Shown here one piece after another: positions 36,764 through 48,291 of a stretch of 64,000 nucleotides of DNA. Source of the stretch: a virus (taxonomy: Duplodnaviria > Caudoviricetes); the IMG/VR virus record IMGVR_UViG_3300013126_000031, positions 205 to 64,204 of that record, one strand, 5' to 3'. The stretch's first letter is position 1. Every line of letters starts with the position of its first letter. The notes below the pieces were generated by a model, which made no database searches, was not told the origin of the DNA, and saw nothing but the letters and a program-made list of their open reading frames with translations. A program made the position numbers and the translations under genes.

Positions 36764-37813
36764 CTAATTTGTTTTCTCGGTTTCAACCTTTTTATCTAAT
36801 TTTTCTTTTAAATTGATGATAAGTGCTTTAGTGTCATCATCTATTTTTTTAGGTATATCAATTCCTAATGTTATTAGAATATCACCTCTATTTTCCCTAC
36901 CATATTGTCTAGTTCCTTTAAACGGTATTCTAAGGTTAGAACCAACATCACTATGTTCTGGTATTGATATTCTTATTTTAGAACCTTCGATTGTATCTAT
37001 TTCTATTTTATCACCTAATATTAATTGTGGGTAACTTAATTTCAACGTCATTTTTAAATCAGCACCAGACCTTGTAAATATATCATGTTTTGTTTCATGA
37101 ACTCTTATGTGTAAATCACCTTCCTTACCACCTTTAACCCCATGACCTTTACCTTGCATAATAAAAGTCATACCATCCATCACTCCAGATGGTACTTCAA
37201 CTTCAACGGTTTCTGTGTTATCAACAACACCGTTTCCATTACATGTTTTACAAGCTTTGGTATAAGATTTACCTAACCCATCACAAGCTTGACAAGTTAC
37301 CATTTGTTGAATAATACCCATAGGTGTTTTTATAACATTTATTGAAACACCAGAACCGTTACAAACACTACATTGTGTCACATCTTCACCGCCATGTCCA
37401 TCACACGTCTTACAACTAACTTTTCTAGTGTATTTGTATGTTTTTTTAACACCGTTAAACGTTTCCTCTAATGTTAATTTTAAAACTAATGACATATCGG
37501 AACCAACCCTAATTTGGGGTTCGCTATGGTATCCACCAAAACCACCACCGAACCCATTTCCAAAAGGGTTTCTAAAACCACCAAAAGGGTTTCCACCTTG
37601 CTGTGGACCAGAGTGACCAAATCTATCATAATTAGCCTTCTTATCGCTATCTGATAATGTTTCGTATGCTTCTGATATTTCCTTGAATTTTTGCTCATCA
37701 CCACCTTTATCTGGGTGATATTCTTTTGCTAGTTTTCTATATGCTTTTTTTATTTCGTCTGGACTAGCACCTTTCTTGATACCTAATACATCGTAATAAT
37801 CCCTTTTACTCAT
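36764..37813 (-). CDS. dnaJ: DnaJ chaperone
   Basis: J-domain HPD, G/F region, four CxxCxGxG. Confidence 0.95.
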   Translation of the reverse strand: MSKRDYYDVLGIKKGASPDEIKKAYRKLAKEYHPDKGGDEQKFKEISEAYETLSDSDKKANYDRFGHSGPQQGGNPFGGFRNPFGNGFGGGFGGYHSEPQIRVGSDMSLVLKLTLEETFNGVKKTYKYTRKVSCKTCDGHGGEDVTQCSVCNGSGVSINVIKTPMGIIQQMVTCQACDGLGKSYTKACKTCNGNGVVDNTETVEVEVPSGVMDGMTFIMQGKGHGVKGGKEGDLHIRVHETKHDIFTRSGADLKMTLKLSYPQLILGDKIEIDTIEGSKIRISIPEHSDVGSNLRIPFKGTRQYGRENRGDILITLGIDIPKKIDDDTKALIINLKEKLDKKVETEKTN

Positions 37814-37863
37814 ATTAATCTTTATTTTTTTACAATATTACGTATTTTTATTATTAATTTCAA

Positions 37864-38523
37864 GTGTTTATGATTTATAGAGTGATTTTAACATCAAATG
37901 GGGAATATAAGAAAACGTTATACAAATGCAAAACAAAAGAATCTGTTTTCTTAAAATACCATAAGTTGAGAGAAGATAATGATATTTTATTTCCAAAAAA
38001 GTTTTTAAACACAAATGGTATTAGACCAGTGAGATATGAGATATGTGTTATTAAACCAACAGAAGAAACTGATACATTTAGATTATTGAGGGATGAGTAT
38101 GGTAAACTATACACTGAAAAACCTCTAGGTGATTGGACTATATTAGCTTCTGATGAATATAATCTAGAGGAAACGTTTTATATCTATGGTCATGAATCAG
38201 AAGAACGTCCAACGATTAGAGAAGTTGTCAAAAGACTTATGATTGGTGCCCATTCAAAGAAAATGGTTAAACAAATTATTGTTGTTCATAATAAATTATT
38301 AATTTACAGTGAAGACCAATTTGATATGATAATTTGTAAAAACTTAGAAGAAGCTCAAAGACTACACCATACTTTGGCTAGAATAGCCAAAAAACAAAAG
38401 ATAAAAAGTTTGTTATTCATGGGTACAGCCACACCAGCCAATATCGGTAGAATGTATGATGTCATACATGAAGAAACTGGTTGGCCATACACAAAAATAA
38501 GAAGGACTAGTACTAGGCCTTAA
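37864..38523 (+). CDS. hypothetical protein
   Basis: 219-aa ORF. Confidence 0.7.
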   Translation: MFMIYRVILTSNGEYKKTLYKCKTKESVFLKYHKLREDNDILFPKKFLNTNGIRPVRYEICVIKPTEETDTFRLLRDEYGKLYTEKPLGDWTILASDEYNLEETFYIYGHESEERPTIREVVKRLMIGAHSKKMVKQIIVVHNKLLIYSEDQFDMIICKNLEEAQRLHHTLARIAKKQKIKSLLFMGTATPANIGRMYDVIHEETGWPYTKIRRTSTRP

Positions 38524-39712
38524 TCACGTGTTTCAGTCACAAAATCAATAAGGATTTCACCAATATTTTCATCAACACCTTTTTGATAAACAAATACTTT
38601 ATTTTCTGGTAGCGTTGCATCTAAATTTACTGGATACCTAAGACTTACAAATGTTACACCTTCTTTTTCTGTGTTAAATGGTATTTCCTTTATCAAGATA
38701 TCAAATAATGTAGGGTGAACTGATATACCAATTTCAGCATTTTCATCTAACACCTTTATTTGTATTGCTAAAAAATTAACTTTAGTAACAAATGTACTGT
38801 TCCAATCTTTTTGCATAGTATCACGGTTTGGGATTATATCTAAATAATCTTTCCAACCGTAGTAATTCCATTTTTCCTTCCATTTAGTTTCCATACTTAA
38901 TCCAAATATAGTTTTTCTAAGTTTCTAACCAAAACATCTAATCTAGCATTATTTCTATCAATGATTTCTTGTTTGTCTTGTGGTATGTTGAAAACATACT
39001 CTGATTTTATTTTAGATATTTCTCTTTGTAGTCGGTCACTTTCTCTGATATAATCATCATATAACCTTGCTTTGTCTTCTCTAGTCATTACATTTACATT
39101 TACCGCCTGGATTATTACCACAGTCACATGGTTTTTCAATTACTTCTTCAATTTCTATTTCTTCGTCTTCTAAACCTAAATCCTCACCAACAGAAAAGCT
39201 TTTCTTTATATCTTCAACCATTTCGTTTATTTTAGCCATATCTGGTTCAGACACTATCATTGGATTGATACACTCAACTCTTTCCTCCCCTTGTGTTGGG
39301 ATAAAGAAAGCCATTGCGTTTGCATTTTTATGTGCTAACATATTATTTACTGAATCAGCAAATGGTTGAATTATTTCTTTGATTTTCATCATTTCAGCGT
39401 CCAAATAGAACACAATTATTAATGGGTAATTTTCTTTCATTGTTTAATTTTTAAGTATTCCAAAAATGTTACTTCTTGAATTATTTCTTTCTTATCTATT
39501 TTACTAAGTGTTTCGTTATTAATAAAATGTTCAATAATAAGTTCGTTGATTCTAGCTTCTTTGTTTTGTTCACCATATTCAGTAAACCCATGTAAAACAA
39601 TATCACCACCACCTTGATTTAAAATTAAATAAATTAGATACTCTGAAACTAGTTTATCACCAAACATACTACTTTTTAATTTGTCGATTTCTTTTACAAC
39701 AATTCTTTTCAT
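38520..39712 (-). CDS. four small hypothetical proteins (38520-38894, 38897-39088, 39081-39440, 39437-39712)
   Basis: abutting ORFs. Confidence 0.6.
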
Positions 39713-39792
39713 TCTATATTCTTTAAATATGTGTTATTTTTAAATGTTAATTAAGTTTATCGATTTTTTTTAATATAGTAAAGTATAAAAAC

Positions 39793-39821
39793 AAAAAAAG
39801 GACCCAAAATGAGTCCTTTTT
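39793..39821 (-). terminator. terminator after CWGCAA RNA copy E
   Basis: AAAAAGGACTC-ATTTT-GGGTCCTTTTTTT. Confidence 0.8.
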
Positions 39822-39836
39822 AATTGGTGTTTGTAA

Positions 39837-39994
39837 CAAAATGCGGAGGTAGTTTCAATTCTAAACCTTATAAAGAACCCCAGTTTTAGTGACGTGGTTC
39901 ACAATTAAGCCACATCTGGTTTTGATAGACTGGAAACTATGCTGTCTGAACTATATTAATTGTATAAATTTTTTTAAGTTGCAGAAAGCATTTT
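39837..39994 (-). ncRNA. CWGCAA-stem RNA copy E, directly downstream of the DUF2828 gene
   Basis: AAAATGC-TTTCTGCAA...GCATTTT-G; internal TAGTTTC/GAAACTA stem. Confidence 0.65.
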
Positions 39995-40041
39995 TCTATA
40001 CAAACATTTGAAGAAAATTGGGGCTTTTACACCCCAACTTC

Positions 40042-41481
40042 TTAGATTGTTACTGGTGAGTAACGCTCAGAGTTGATGACACTCAACATCATTGATATTG
40101 GTGATAAATCTCTTCCAGCTAACAAGTTTGTTAATAAAGAAGGTGAAAAACCACTAACTAAACAAGTACCATTCGTGTCAAAGTGTACTGGCTTGTTGTT
40201 ATCGCCTCTTGATTGGATGTTCCAATATACAACTTTTGGTGTTTTGTATCCAGCCTCAGCGTACATTGACTCAATCATTTTTTGAGCAGTTGGGTTCCAA
40301 CCTCTACCTCTTACAGCAGAATTGAACTCCATGTCAGACAAGATTAAAATCATTGTCGGCATCTCTGATTGTGGCACGTTAGACTCTTTAGCTTTTTTAA
40401 GGATTAACTTAAATACAGCTTCCAAGTTTGTTGACATATCCCAATCAGCTCTTTGAAGTTGGTTGTAACGCTCGTTCAAGCTACCTTTCAAGATTTGTAA
40501 TTTTGGACTTTCAGAGAAAGTCACAAAAGCATCTTGGAAAGGACCTACGTTTCTTTCAGAGATGTATAATCCCAAAGAGATTGCTACATCCATACAAGTA
40601 ACGTTAGGGTTACCACCAGCTGGGCATGACATTGACCCAGAAACGTCAACTACTGGTAATACATACTCTTCGTTAGTAGCCATGTAGTTTGGTAATGCTT
40701 TCCATTGCTCGTTAGCACCTCTAGCATTACCATACTTCAAGTTTTTTACAATGTCATATGGGTACACCGCTCCAGCGTTAATCTTAGTTTCACCTTTTTC
40801 AAGAGAAGCTAAATAAGCTTGGAATCTCTCTAAGTCGTTCTTAGAGAACGCTTTCATGTAGTCACTCATTGCTTTTGATGGCAATTTAGAGTACTCAATC
40901 TTAGAGTATTCTCTAGCACACATTAATTGCTCAACTGTGTTAGAGTTTTCTGACAATAACTTACGGTATTGTTTTGGTGTAAGACCCAAATGTTTTCTCA
41001 ACACATTTGCCCATCTTTTTTTCTCACGGTTAGATACGTTTGGACGTGGCATCCATTTAGCTGCTAATCCATCTTTTCTATCTAACGCATCAGAGATTAA
41101 GTTCAACGCTTTAGTTTGCAATGGTGTACCAACAAGAGTTAGTAAATCATCCCAACGACCATACTCGTTGAACAAATGTAAGTTCTTACCTAAAGTCTCA
41201 GTACGGTTTTCAGCCAAGTACGCAACAATATCTCTAAAGATTTGTCTTTCTCCAGCTCCACCTCTGATATCACGAGCCCAAAATAACAATTTCATTGCAT
41301 GTAACGGGTTCTCAGCAAATGCTTTCGTAAAAGCATTGATAAGTCTTTGCTTATCTTGACCTCTCATCGCACCAATTTGGAAGAATAAATCTACACAGTG
41401 GTTCAAAGATGATGAGTTTGTTGCCATTCCGTTTTCAGTTAACGAATCTGCTGTTTGCATTGCTTTTAAAAATGTGCTCAT
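40042..41481 (-). CDS. DUF2828-family TROVE/Ro60-like vWA protein
   Basis: TENG, RDIRGGAGER, YGRWDDL, AKWMPR, vWA MIDAS DVSGSM, SDMEF, YWN, SGFS. Confidence 0.85.
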   Translation of the reverse strand: MSTFLKAMQTADSLTENGMATNSSSLNHCVDLFFQIGAMRGQDKQRLINAFTKAFAENPLHAMKLLFWARDIRGGAGERQIFRDIVAYLAENRTETLGKNLHLFNEYGRWDDLLTLVGTPLQTKALNLISDALDRKDGLAAKWMPRPNVSNREKKRWANVLRKHLGLTPKQYRKLLSENSNTVEQLMCAREYSKIEYSKLPSKAMSDYMKAFSKNDLERFQAYLASLEKGETKINAGAVYPYDIVKNLKYGNARGANEQWKALPNYMATNEEYVLPVVDVSGSMSCPAGGNPNVTCMDVAISLGLYISERNVGPFQDAFVTFSESPKLQILKGSLNERYNQLQRADWDMSTNLEAVFKLILKKAKESNVPQSEMPTMILILSDMEFNSAVRGRGWNPTAQKMIESMYAEAGYKTPKVVYWNIQSRGDNNKPVHFDTNGTCLVSGFSPSLLTNLLAGRDLSPISMMLSVINSERYSPVTI

Positions 41482-41513
41482 AAATTTTAGTTTTTAAGAT
41501 TAATAATTAAGTG

Positions 41514-41547
41514 TTGCAAATGTACTAACTATTTTTTGTTTTTGCAA
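41514..41547 (-). promoter_or_regulatory. promoter of the DUF2828 gene
   Basis: TTGCAA...TACATTTG; near-identical to 2136-2169. Confidence 0.7.
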
Positions 41548-41600
41548 CTTTTTTTTAAAAAATTTTTAAATTATTTTTTACTTTATTGATTTTCAGTTAA

Positions 41601-42119
41601 TTAAAGTTTAGTAAACCAAGCTTTTACTGTCATAGTAGTATTTTGTATGTTTGTAAATTCAGCATTGGCAATAAAACCATCACTAACAAAATAATACCCA
41701 ACTTGTGCACTATAATGACTCCCACCAAATGGTGCAAAATAATATAATGCCAATGTTTTATTTGTACTACCAGCACTACTACTTAATTGGTATGGTCTTA
41801 TAGCCCCATTATTTAAAGTATAATTAGTATTACCAACAAATCTAATCGTATCGTTAGGATAAGATGTGGCAAATGCTGTAACCACTTTTGTTAATACCCA
41901 TGTAGTTCCATATAAATCATTATTTTGATTGGGGCTCCAATTTGGTAATGTTCCACCATTACCATATTGCCAAACCCATGTTGTTGTATCTTCTGGTGGG
42001 TCTACATTAGGGTTATAATTTCCAGGTGTTATCGGTTCTTTTTTACATGATGCCAACAACAAACACGTTAAAAAACTAATCAAGATAATTATTAATGATG
42101 TTTTAGTAATCTTATCCAT
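41601..42119 (-). CDS. lipoprotein
   Basis: lipobox LLASC followed by KKE. Confidence 0.75.
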   Translation of the reverse strand: MDKITKTSLIIILISFLTCLLLASCKKEPITPGNYNPNVDPPEDTTTWVWQYGNGGTLPNWSPNQNNDLYGTTWVLTKVVTAFATSYPNDTIRFVGNTNYTLNNGAIRPYQLSSSAGSTNKTLALYYFAPFGGSHYSAQVGYYFVSDGFIANAEFTNIQNTTMTVKAWFTKL

Positions 42120-42155
42120 TTTTTTAATTTATAATACAAATGTAATAATAAATTT

Positions 42156-42764
42156 TTAATCCACCAAATTTTTTACGAAATTTTTTACATATTGTGTTCT
42201 ATGATATTTGTTAGAACCATTTTTCTTCAACGCTTCAATATGGTCTGGTGTTAAATAACCCTTGTTTTTACACCAATTATACTCTGGATGCAATAAATGT
42301 AATTTACACATATATTCGTCACGTCTAACTTTAGCAACAATAGCGGCTGCTGCGATGCATGTGTAAGTATCATCACCTTTTGGCACAAGAGTTACTTCTG
42401 GGTCTTGTTCACGTTCATTCCATACCGTACCATCAATAAGAATGTGGTCTGGTTTAACTGTTAATTCATCAATACATTTATACATAGTGTTAAATGTTGA
42501 TGGGTTAATACCTATTTCATTGATTTCTTTTACTGAACCAGCATGACATGATACAGCCACAGCATTAGCCATAATAAGGTCATACGCTTCTTTTCTTTGT
42601 TTTTCAGATAGTTTCTTTGAATCTCTTATCAATGGAGAGTTAAACCCTTTTGGTAATATTACAGCAGCTGTTACCACTGGACCAGCACCACACCCTCTAC
42701 CAACTTCATCTAAACCAGCGACATATTGGTGTGTTCCGTATTCTTCTAATAATTTTTTACCCAT
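42156..42764 (-). CDS. rnhB: ribonuclease HII
   Basis: GLDEVGRG..AGP, DSKKL, IDG, KGD, AAAAIVAKV.RD, KGY. Confidence 0.93.
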   Translation of the reverse strand: MGKKLLEEYGTHQYVAGLDEVGRGCGAGPVVTAAVILPKGFNSPLIRDSKKLSEKQRKEAYDLIMANAVAVSCHAGSVKEINEIGINPSTFNTMYKCIDELTVKPDHILIDGTVWNEREQDPEVTLVPKGDDTYTCIAAAAIVAKVRRDEYMCKLHLLHPEYNWCKNKGYLTPDHIEALKKNGSNKYHRTQYVKNFVKNLVD

Positions 42765-42811
42765 ACATTTTTTTTTACAAATGTACAAATTTTAAAGTTA
42801 AATACAAATAT

Positions 42812-43259
42812 TTATTCAGTTTTTTTGATAAATCTAACTAAGATTCCACCTAACTCAACCTCAAATTCATCAGTATATATACACGGTTCAGTCATAGGGT
42901 TAGATTTGTAAAACAATTCTTCAGTTGTTTTTTTATGGTTTTTTTCATCTAAATAATATACTAAAACTAAACCATCTTTTATGATGTTTTCATTATTATA
43001 TATTTCAGATATTGTTTCTATTAATTCTTGATATCTCATATTATAACGTTCTAAAAATTTTTTTAAAGAAATTTGAAACCTTTTTATACCATGGTTGTTT
43101 AAGTATTTTGACTTTGTTTGGGTTCTTTTTTATTTCATCACCTAAACCATTTTTTAAATCCCCAATAAATTTTTTCTTTCTAATTTCTGTCATAAACATA
43201 TCGGCTTTAATTTCATTTTCGATTTGTTTAATTTCTTTATCAATCATTTTATCATTCAT
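42812..43259 (-). CDS. two small hypothetical proteins (42812-43039, 43041-43259)
   Basis: abutting ORFs. Confidence 0.55.
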
Positions 43260-43813
43260 ATCCTATTAATTTTTTCAGCTAAACCTTTATATAACGGTGT
43301 TGGTAATTTATTTTTAGAAAACCAACCATAGTTTAAATTTTCATGGTCTAATTTAGGGATAAATTCTGACATTGTAAACCCTTTATAATAGTGAAAATTT
43401 CTATTTTTCTCTGGTATATATTCTGTTCTGTCGTATTCAAATTGAATTAACTTGTCAGCATCTATACTTAATTCTTCACCTATTTCTCTGATAAGTGTAT
43501 CAACTGGTTTTTCACCTTCATCCATACCACCAGACATAAGAGCCCATTTAGGGCTAGGGTCATTTCTATAAAGTAAAAAAACACGATTAGTTGTTAAGCA
43601 TTTAATTAATACACCAGCAACATTCTGTTCACCTTCCGATTCATTCAATGTTTCATCATCGTATGGTGGTTCATTATCGTGACCACATTTATGACAAACA
43701 TATAAATCAGATTTGTCTGATTCTGAAGCGTTCCAATGCCAATCACAAGCTTCACACGTTATGGTGAAATCTTTTATCGCCTCTTTTAATAAATTCTTAA
43801 TAAGTGTTTTCAT
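43256..43813 (-). CDS. Nudix hydrolase with N-terminal Zn ribbon
   Basis: CEAC/CHKC; GGMDEGE....LIREIGEEL. Confidence 0.82.
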   Translation of the reverse strand: MKTLIKNLLKEAIKDFTITCEACDWHWNASESDKSDLYVCHKCGHDNEPPYDDETLNESEGEQNVAGVLIKCLTTNRVFLLYRNDPSPKWALMSGGMDEGEKPVDTLIREIGEELSIDADKLIQFEYDRTEYIPEKNRNFHYYKGFTMSEFIPKLDHENLNYGWFSKNKLPTPLYKGLAEKINRI

Positions 43814-43875
43814 ACTTCTTTTTAATATAAATATTGACTAAATGAATCATAATACGTATATTTAAACAAAAAACT

Positions 43876-44220
43876 ATGATTACATTAATTTTTATTCTTA
43901 TTTGCTATGGTGCTTGTAATAACATGATATACGGTTCCGTATTTGAAGGTTGGAGAAGCTTTTTAGCAAAAATGGGTACTGGAGGTTACAGTATTCATAA
44001 ACTATTCACATGTTTTATGTGTTTAGGGACATGGATGGGGTTTGCCGTTTCTGGGATTATGTTTTATTTCGGATACAGTAAATTAACACCCATGGGTAGT
44101 TTAGGTGTTGATTCACCTTATTTACTCGTTTTCTTTAATGGTTTAATCTCTGCTGCTGGTGTTTGGTTGATACACACAGTACAAGAGGCGTTTGAACGTG
44201 CTTTTGCCGAAAAAAAATGA
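43876..44220 (+). CDS. membrane protein (DUF1360-like)
   Basis: LFTCFMCLGTWMG, three TMs. Confidence 0.65.
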   Translation: MITLIFILICYGACNNMIYGSVFEGWRSFLAKMGTGGYSIHKLFTCFMCLGTWMGFAVSGIMFYFGYSKLTPMGSLGVDSPYLLVFFNGLISAAGVWLIHTVQEAFERAFAEKK

Positions 44221-45126
44221 TTAAACTTTGTATGGGACGTATCTAACCAACCTTTTCATGAATTTATCAAATAAGGTTGGTTTGGTAGCCCAATTTTGAG
44301 CGGTTGCAACGAATTGATAAAAGTTGTGTCTTAACCCTCTAAAATTTTTAGAACTTACACCATTTTCAGTAAACAATCTAATAACGCCATCACTATAATA
44401 CTCTTTATACAAAACATTTGCTGAAAATCCATTTTTCAAACTTTGTATAATATACCACAAACTTTTAATTAAATCATTTTTAGTTTCCTCATCAGTAACT
44501 AAATTTAAATTCTTAGTTATTGTTGTAATAAATTCATGTGAAAAAGCATCAAATTCATATGGTAATTTATCATATTCAATTTCTTTATCATTAAAATTTT
44601 TCGCTATTTTTTTGTTCACAACTTTTGGGTCAGCAGCATGTATCAATTCATGTCTTATTGTTGATTCTAATTGATTCAAATTATTCATACTTAATTTAGC
44701 AACATTTATTGCTATACCATTGTTTTCAGTTTCAAAGTACGCTATATTGTTTGCGTTCTTATAATAGAAAAAACCAACCGATATTCTTTTGTTGCTACCT
44801 CTTAAAGTTTTTACCTTATAAATTTTATAAAAGTCACCAGGTCTTACATAAGCACCAACAGTTTCAAAATTCTTATTAAATGTTTTAGTTTTATTATCAA
44901 CGATTTTAGGAAATATTTTTTTAATGGTGTTTTTTTCATCATTAGTCAACGATTGATGTTCACCTCGTTTAATTTTGTTTATACCACGATATAACGATTT
45001 AACTATTGGAAAAACAACTGTACGAGTTATCTCATCAGCATCTGGTGAAACCCTATCAATAGTAATAATATTTGATTCGTCAACGTTTAGAACTTCTAAA
45101 AGTTTAGACTTAATAAAATCTTTCAT
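44221..45126 (-). CDS. HExxH zincin-like protein
   Basis: RHELIH...PYEFDA. Confidence 0.6.
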   Translation of the reverse strand: MKDFIKSKLLEVLNVDESNIITIDRVSPDADEITRTVVFPIVKSLYRGINKIKRGEHQSLTNDEKNTIKKIFPKIVDNKTKTFNKNFETVGAYVRPGDFYKIYKVKTLRGSNKRISVGFFYYKNANNIAYFETENNGIAINVAKLSMNNLNQLESTIRHELIHAADPKVVNKKIAKNFNDKEIEYDKLPYEFDAFSHEFITTITKNLNLVTDEETKNDLIKSLWYIIQSLKNGFSANVLYKEYYSDGVIRLFTENGVSSKNFRGLRHNFYQFVATAQNWATKPTLFDKFMKRLVRYVPYKV

Positions 45127-45206
45127 TTGTTTTTACTATAAATATTTTGAAAAATAAAAAAGCCCTTTAAAAGGGCTTTAATATTTTAATTTTAATCACA
45201 ATCGGG

Positions 45207-45890
45207 TTATCTTGGTGGTAATTCTACTTTAGAAGAAATGTTTTTTAGCTTGTCATTTTGTTTCTTAGCTTTTATCATTTCCATGTTTCTTTTAGCTCTT
45301 TCCTCTTCTTCAATCATTTCTAACTCTTCTTCAGAAAGTTCTATTGGAGTTCCGTTTTCATCTAAATATGTAGGTATTGATTGTTTAACATCAAATTTTT
45401 CCTCACCAGAAGTTTGATATTCTTCAACATTTTCTGGGTACAAATTAGGTTGTGGTGTTTCAACAATCTCTTCCTCATAAGATTCATCAATATCAACATC
45501 TACATCAAACTCATTTAATTTAGGAACTAAATCTTCTTCAGTAAAATTGAATTTCAATCGTTTTAGTTTATCTAACGTATGTTTTTTGAATAACTCTTTT
45601 AATTCATTTACCTTCTCACGAAGTAGTTCGTGTTTCTTTTCACGTTCAACGTTTATGTCTATTGTTTTTTTAACATAACCTAACAGCTCATCTAAACCAA
45701 CCCCTTCTATTTCGCTAAATAACATATAGTAATTCATTTCCTCATTACCTTTAACTTTTTTAACTCTAGGGTCTTCTGGCACCATCCAGCCTTCTTTAAA
45801 CACCGCATCTACTAACGGTGTACCTTCTAAATAACGGATACCGATAACGTATGGTTGTAAAGAATCTAATGTTTTTTGTATATTTGACAT
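45207..45890 (-). CDS. hypothetical protein
   Basis: 227-aa ORF. Confidence 0.7.
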   Translation of the reverse strand: MSNIQKTLDSLQPYVIGIRYLEGTPLVDAVFKEGWMVPEDPRVKKVKGNEEMNYYMLFSEIEGVGLDELLGYVKKTIDINVEREKKHELLREKVNELKELFKKHTLDKLKRLKFNFTEEDLVPKLNEFDVDVDIDESYEEEIVETPQPNLYPENVEEYQTSGEEKFDVKQSIPTYLDENGTPIELSEEELEMIEEEERAKRNMEMIKAKKQNDKLKNISSKVELPPR

Positions 45891-45902
45891 ATGTTAAAGT
45901 CT

Positions 45903-46115
45903 TTAAATTGTTATGCCAGTAAAAATAGCAGATAAAATATATGCGATAGATATACCCAATAAATACAATGAAAGGTTTTCTATTTTGTATTTTTTAGGTT
46001 CTTCTTCTGTTGAAGTTAGAACTGCTTGTGAAAAATAAAAGACATGTCTTAATATATTCAAACACGACATAATAAACAACATTATCAATATTTTATTAAG
46101 TATACCTATTAGCAT
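45903..46115 (-). CDS. small membrane protein
   Basis: two TMs. Confidence 0.6.
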   Translation of the reverse strand: MLIGILNKILIMLFIMSCLNILRHVFYFSQAVLTSTEEEPKKYKIENLSLYLLGISIAYILSAIFTGITI

Positions 46116-46130
46116 ATTTTTATTTTTTAA

Positions 46131-46316
46131 TTAAGCAGTTTTAGCTGTTTTATTCTTTGCAGAAACGTCTTGTCTTAATGTTTGTGACAATGTTCTGATT
46201 TCTTGTAACCCTTTTCTAAGTCTTACACCAGCAGCCTTGTTACCTTTTTCGTAAAATTTTGCAGCATCTTCTTCAATAGAAGCAATCAACGTTTTTAATT
46301 CTTCAAATTTTTCCAT
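46131..46316 (-). CDS. histone H1-like Hc1 protein
   Basis: KFYEKGNKAAGVRLRKGLQEI. Confidence 0.85.
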   Translation of the reverse strand: MEKFEELKTLIASIEEDAAKFYEKGNKAAGVRLRKGLQEIRTLSQTLRQDVSAKNKTAKTA

Positions 46317-46317
46317 T

Positions 46318-47074
46318 TTAGTTTTCTTTTTCGTTTTTGTTATTGTTATTTAATAGATTACCAAACGTGGCAATCGCATTTTCAGTACTAGAAAGTCTAT
46401 ATAGTATAGCCTTAGCCTCAGCCATTTTTGAATCGATAGATTTATCCTTATCATTAATGATTCTTTCTAAATCATCTTCAAGTTTCATCTTATCCATGGT
46501 CATATCAGTCATAACCAAGTTAAATAATCTTTCCGTGTTCATAATTTTTATTTTAAAACTAATACATTTTTTTATAAAAATAAATAGTAAAACCTATTTT
46601 TTATTCACTAATCAGTGATTTTTCAAAAATATTATAAACTTCAATCATTGTATCTATATCAGCTTGCGTTTTTGGTTTATCATAACTTAGAACATTTTCC
46701 CATATTTTTAAAATACCAGAATCACTATAATTTTGTTGTTCTTTACCATCATACATATAAAACACCTCTAACATAAACTCTAAAAAATAATTATATAATT
46801 TAGGGTTTTTGATATAAATACCTTCTTCTTTGAAATTATCAACCACTTTATTCCAACACCATCTAAAATGTTTTATCTGGTCCTCAACCTTCATGTATTC
46901 ATCACCCAAATATGTGTCAAACACCAATGACAATAATGATTGAATGAAATCATTATACAATTCACATTTTTCATATAGTATATTATTGGAAGCATAGATA
47001 ACTGAAACGCTCTCTTTGCTTATTTGGTTATGAAGGTATGCCAACAGACTTGTCTTATCAAATTTATTATCCAT
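46318..47074 (-). CDS. two hypothetical proteins (46318-46542, 46601-47074)
   Basis: ORFs. Confidence 0.6.
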
Positions 47075-47120
47075 AGTAAACTTTTAAGGAATATAATATC
47101 TACCCCTAAAAAATAAAGAC

Positions 47121-47732
47121 TTATTTTATGTCAGTTGAATTTAATAAAGTATATGAGAAAGAATTACCATGTATCTTAGCCGCTCTTCTTACTATAACCA
47201 TAAACGCATCAAAATCCATAGCTCTTTTGAATACTTGACAACCAGCACTCCAGTTTTCAACCCATGTAGAATCTCTACCAGCTTTGTGTATATTTATACC
47301 GTAAATACCTTCAGTTATTTTGTTCTCATCATATTCTAAATCAAAATCAGCATCACGGTAAACTTTAACTTTACCATTTCTTTGACATAACGCATCGTAT
47401 TTACCTTGATGTTTATCAATCTTCCATGTACTTCTATATTGACCTTCCACCAATCTGGCACAACCACCGCTAATACCCATTTTGTTCCATTCTAACATTG
47501 ATTTTTTACCTGGGTCGGTTGTTGCCGCCCATGCGTAAAATTGCCAAACACCCTTCTCATCTTTAAACGATACTGTCAATGTGTCATCAAATACGTTAGT
47601 AACTTTTTTACCAGTAGCGGCATTTCTAATACCTACAATATTAACATCATAAGTTTTGTTAGCGTCATCATTAAACCATTTAAAACCTTTAGCTTCTACA
47701 GCCGCTTTGATTTGTTCTCTTGTGTAACTCAT
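47121..47732 (-). CDS. L,D-transpeptidase-like cell-wall enzyme
   Basis: GINIH...WSAGCQV His/Cys motif. Confidence 0.7.
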   Translation of the reverse strand: MSYTREQIKAAVEAKGFKWFNDDANKTYDVNIVGIRNAATGKKVTNVFDDTLTVSFKDEKGVWQFYAWAATTDPGKKSMLEWNKMGISGGCARLVEGQYRSTWKIDKHQGKYDALCQRNGKVKVYRDADFDLEYDENKITEGIYGINIHKAGRDSTWVENWSAGCQVFKRAMDFDAFMVIVRRAAKIHGNSFSYTLLNSTDIK

Positions 47733-47733
47733 A

Positions 47734-48291
47734 TTATTTCTTTTTATCCATTTTATCTGAGGCGTATTTCACCCCCATTATTGTACCTATTATACTAAAA
47801 CTGTTTGTTAACAAAATACCAAACATATTCGCCCATGATGATTCAATTATCGTTGAATCACCACCTATACTAATTATGTAAATATATATGGCTGTTGTTA
47901 TAACACCAACACCTATTATAATCGATAGAGCTATTTTTACTGTTAAACCTATCAATTCAAATTGAGTTCTTCTTTGAAGTAAATCTAAATCACTTTCAGC
48001 TAATTCTTTTGCTTCTTTTGTTTGAGCTAACGCTATTTTAAGCTCTTCATTGATTCGCTCATTTTCTTCCTTTGCTTTTGTTAATTCAGTGTTTTGCGCT
48101 TGTACTTGTTTTGTGATTGTTAATCTTTTTCTTCTATTCTCATTATCATTTTCAATACAAGTTTCTAAATATTTTTTAAAAGCTTCATCATCAGTTTGAA
48201 TTAATTTGACAATATTACCTTCTAAACCTATTTTTTTAGATTCATATAACTTTAATAACTCGGTAATTGTTTTTTTATCAAAACTTATCAT
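47734..48291 (-). CDS. coiled-coil two-TM protein
   Basis: coupled to the response regulator gene. Confidence 0.7.
   Translation of the reverse strand: MISFDKKTITELLKLYESKKIGLEGNIVKLIQTDDEAFKKYLETCIENDNENRRKRLTITKQVQAQNTELTKAKEENERINEELKIALAQTKEAKELAESDLDLLQRRTQFELIGLTVKIALSIIIGVGVITTAIYIYIISIGGDSTIIESSWANMFGILLTNSFSIIGTIMGVKYASDKMDKKK

Noticed and set aside
10965-41481. Vault-like complex (PARP + TROVE + small RNAs)
   Set aside because: No major vault protein in the window and the genes are ~28 kb apart; analogy only.
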